A DNA stretch of 32,000 bases from Horticoccus luteus (GTDB taxonomy: Bacteria > Verrucomicrobiota > Verrucomicrobiia > Opitutales > Opitutaceae), in the NCBI RefSeq assembly GCF_019464535.1, contig NZ_CP080507.1, positions 2,160,001-2,192,000 on the forward strand, in the 5' to 3' direction. The translations under genes were made by a program, and so were the position numbers. Position 1 is the first letter of the stretch, and every line of letters starts with the position of its first letter. Below are positions 30,069-32,000 of the stretch, piece by piece. The notes under the pieces were generated by a model that was not told the DNA's origin, searched no databases, and was given only the letters and a program-made list of their open reading frames with translations.

Positions 30069-31040
30069 TCACCCCGGCACCTCCACCGCGGCCACGATTT
30101 GCCGCAACAACGCCGCGATCTGCCGCCGCTCTTCGAGCCCTTTTCCCACGTGCCGCGCCAGCGAAAGCCGATGCGCCAGCACCGGCCCCACGAGGTCCGC
30201 CACATCCTCCGGCAGCACGAAGTCGCGCCCCCGCAACAGCGCCCGCGCCTGCGCCGCCGTGCGCAACGCCAGCCCTGCCCGCACGCTCGCCCCGATTTTC
30301 AGCTCCGCCTCCGTGCGCGTCGCCGTCACCAGCCGCAGCACATAATCGAGCACCGATTCCTCGACGAACACCCGCCGCGTCATCGCCTGCAACTCCAGCA
30401 CTTCTTCCCGCGAGAGCACGGGCGACACCGCGATTGCGTCATAGCTGGTCTGCGCCGTGCGCAGGATTTCCCGCTCCGCCTCCGGTTCCGGATAACCCAT
30501 TTCCAGTCGCAATAAAAACCGGTCCATCTGGCTCTCCGGCAGCGGAAACGTGCCTTCGTAATCCACCGGATTCTGCGTGGCGAACACCATGAACGGCGCG
30601 CCCACCGCATGCGCGCGTCCATCCACCGTCACGCGCGCACGGTCCATCACTTCGAGCAGCGCCGACTGCGTCTTCGGCGTGGCGCGGTTGATCTCGTCCG
30701 CCAGCACGATGTTCGCAAACACCGGCCCCGGTTTGAACAAAAACTCCCGCGTCACCTCGTCGTAAATCGCCACGCCCGTCACATCCCCCGGCAGCAGATC
30801 GCTCGTGAACTGGATGCGCGAAAACTCCCCGTCGATCGCCCGCGCCAACGCGTAGGCCAGCGTCGTTTTGCCCACGCCCGGCATGTCTTCGATCAACACA
30901 TGCCCGCCCGCCAGCAACCCCACCAGCACCCGCTCGATCACGTCGTCCTTCCCTTTGATCGTCACGCGCATCGCCGTGCGCACCCGCGTGAGGGCACTCC
31001 GCGCCAACGCCACCTTTTCTGCCGGCAGAAAATCAGCCAT
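30069..31040 (-). CDS. MoxR-family AAA+ ATPase
   Basis: 'HVLIEDMPGVGKTTLAYALA' (Walker A). 'ANIVLADEINRATPKTQSALLEVMDRARVTVDG' (Walker B and the MoxR signature). 'FMVFATQNPVDYEGTFPLPESQMDRF'. The start is set at Met27 of the track ORF (complement of 31038-31040). Confidence 0.92.
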   Translation of the reverse strand: MADFLPAEKVALARSALTRVRTAMRVTIKGKDDVIERVLVGLLAGGHVLIEDMPGVGKTTLAYALARAIDGEFSRIQFTSDLLPGDVTGVAIYDEVTREFLFKPGPVFANIVLADEINRATPKTQSALLEVMDRARVTVDGRAHAVGAPFMVFATQNPVDYEGTFPLPESQMDRFLLRLEMGYPEPEAEREILRTAQTSYDAIAVSPVLSREEVLELQAMTRRVFVEESVLDYVLRLVTATRTEAELKIGASVRAGLALRTAAQARALLRGRDFVLPEDVADLVGPVLAHRLSLARHVGKGLEERRQIAALLRQIVAAVEVPG

Positions 31041-31215
31041 GCCCGCGACGCTAACCTCCGCCCGCCGCGGTGCAAACGCCTTCACCCGCCACCGCGTTTC
31101 CTTTCCCCTGTTCCCCATCCTTCATCGCCGCAAACGCCCTCGCCGCCTGCCCGCGGCACGGTCTCACCGAAAAGATTCGCCCCGTGGCCATGCCCGCGCA
31201 AATAAGCCTCCCGCC

Positions 31216-32000
31216 ATGCCGCTCATCGACAAACCGCTGCCCGAACTCCTCCGCTATCAGGGCCTGAATCCCCGCCCCGCCGACTTCGACGCTTATTGGG
31301 CCGATGCCCTCCGCGAACTCGACGCCACCGATCCCCAGCCCGAACTCGTGCCCACCGCCGAGATCGCGCCCCGCCACAGCGAGGCCTTCGATCTGTGGTT
31401 CACCGGCGTCGGCGGCGCGCGCGTTTACGCGAAATACGTCCGCCCGAAAAAATCCCCCGGCCCCGGTCCCGCCGTCCTCCAATTTCACGGCTACTCCGGC
31501 AACGGCGGCGATTTCCTTTCCCGCCTCGCCTGGTCCGGTGAGGGCTTCTGCGTCGCCGCCATGGATTGCCGCGGCCAGGGCGGCCGCTCCCAGGATAGCG
31601 GCAGCGTGCACGGCCCCACGCTGCGCGGCCACATCGTGCGCGGACTCGACGATCCCGACCCGCGCAAACTCGCATTCCGCCAGATCTTTCTCGACACCGT
31701 CCAACTCGCACGCGTCGTCATGAACTTTCCCGAGGTCGATGCCGCCCGCGTCGGCGCGATGGGCGGTTCGCAAGGCGGCGCCCTCACGCTCGCGTGTGCC
31801 GCGCTCGAGCCACGCATCAAACGCGCCGCGCCGCTGTATCCGTTTCTCTGCGATTACCGCCGCGTCTGGGAGATGGATCTGGCCAAGGATGCCTACGAAG
31901 AACTCCGGATTTTCTTCCGCCAGTTCGATCCGCGCCACGAGCGCGTGGACGAGATTTTCACCAAGCTCGGTTACATCGACTGCCAGCACCTCGCGTCGCG
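31216..32000 (+). CDS. acetylxylan esterase / cephalosporin-C deacetylase family (CE7, AXE1) protein, N-terminal ~261 codons (runs off the right edge)
   Basis: The frame is open from the ATG at 31216 to the window end, so it is absent from the ORF track. Sequence: 'MPLIDKPLPELLRYQGLNPRPADFDAYW...'. CE7 motifs are 'DCRGQGG' and the nucleophile elbow 'GGSQGG'. Confidence 0.85.
   Translation, partial: MPLIDKPLPELLRYQGLNPRPADFDAYWADALRELDATDPQPELVPTAEIAPRHSEAFDLWFTGVGGARVYAKYVRPKKSPGPGPAVLQFHGYSGNGGDFLSRLAWSGEGFCVAAMDCRGQGGRSQDSGSVHGPTLRGHIVRGLDDPDPRKLAFRQIFLDTVQLARVVMNFPEVDAARVGAMGGSQGGALTLACAALEPRIKRAAPLYPFLCDYRRVWEMDLAKDAYEELRIFFRQFDPRHERVDEIFTKLGYIDCQHLAS

Noticed and set aside
26365-30592. 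Long plus-strand ORFs (360 aa at 26365-27447, 235 aa at 27444-28151, 212 aa at 28183-28821, 520 aa at 29030-30592) over the MoxR operon
   Set aside because: The Pro/Arg/His-rich translations lie antisense to three genes with clear family signatures.
31051-31989. 312-aa minus-strand ORF at the right end
   Set aside because: It is antisense to an open frame encoding a CE7 esterase (RGQ and GGSQGG motifs) and spans the MoxR promoter region implausibly.

Overview
This is a GC-rich bacterial chromosomal window with strong third-position G/C bias. It is almost entirely coding and dominated by core housekeeping genes. Protein signatures suggest a PVC-group organism (Verrucomicrobiota/Opitutales-like), but that is a low-confidence inference.

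Gene order, left to right:
- zwf (partial, -), yraN-like (-), GAF-domain GspE/PilB-type ATPase (+), large membrane-anchored TPR-like protein (-), smc (-), tolB-like (-)
- mrp/apbC (+), small conserved hypothetical (+), bidirectional terminator
- rpmG (-, too short for the ORF track), PTS-EIIA/diadenylate-cyclase fusion (-), lone nuoA (-), secreted DUF362-like protein (-)
- dnaG-rpoD (+), terminator, tatA (+), CPA2 cation:proton antiporter with two C-terminal RCK_C domains (-)
- mreB-mreC-mreD-mrdA (+), MoxR ATPase / DUF58 / transglutaminase operon (-), partial CE7 acetyl esterase (+)

The two edge genes (zwf, esterase) and rpmG are missing from the supplied ORF track; I read them directly from the sequence. 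I see no rRNA, tRNA, CRISPR array, transposase, integrase or phage genes, no recognisable defence genes, and no compositional island. The many long ORFs on the opposite strand or in an alternative frame of these genes, up to 748 aa, are high-GC shadow ORFs.

I cannot point to a clear novel multi-gene system. The best candidates for follow-up are:
1. The three-module EIIA(Ntr-type) / PK_C-like / DAC protein at 12639-14003, a possible phosphorylation-gated c-di-AMP synthase with a variant RHA motif.
2. The nearby CPA2 antiporter with tandem RCK_C domains, a possible c-di-AMP target.
3. The orphan GAF-GspE ATPase.

All domain calls rest on reading motifs by eye and should be confirmed with HMM searches.
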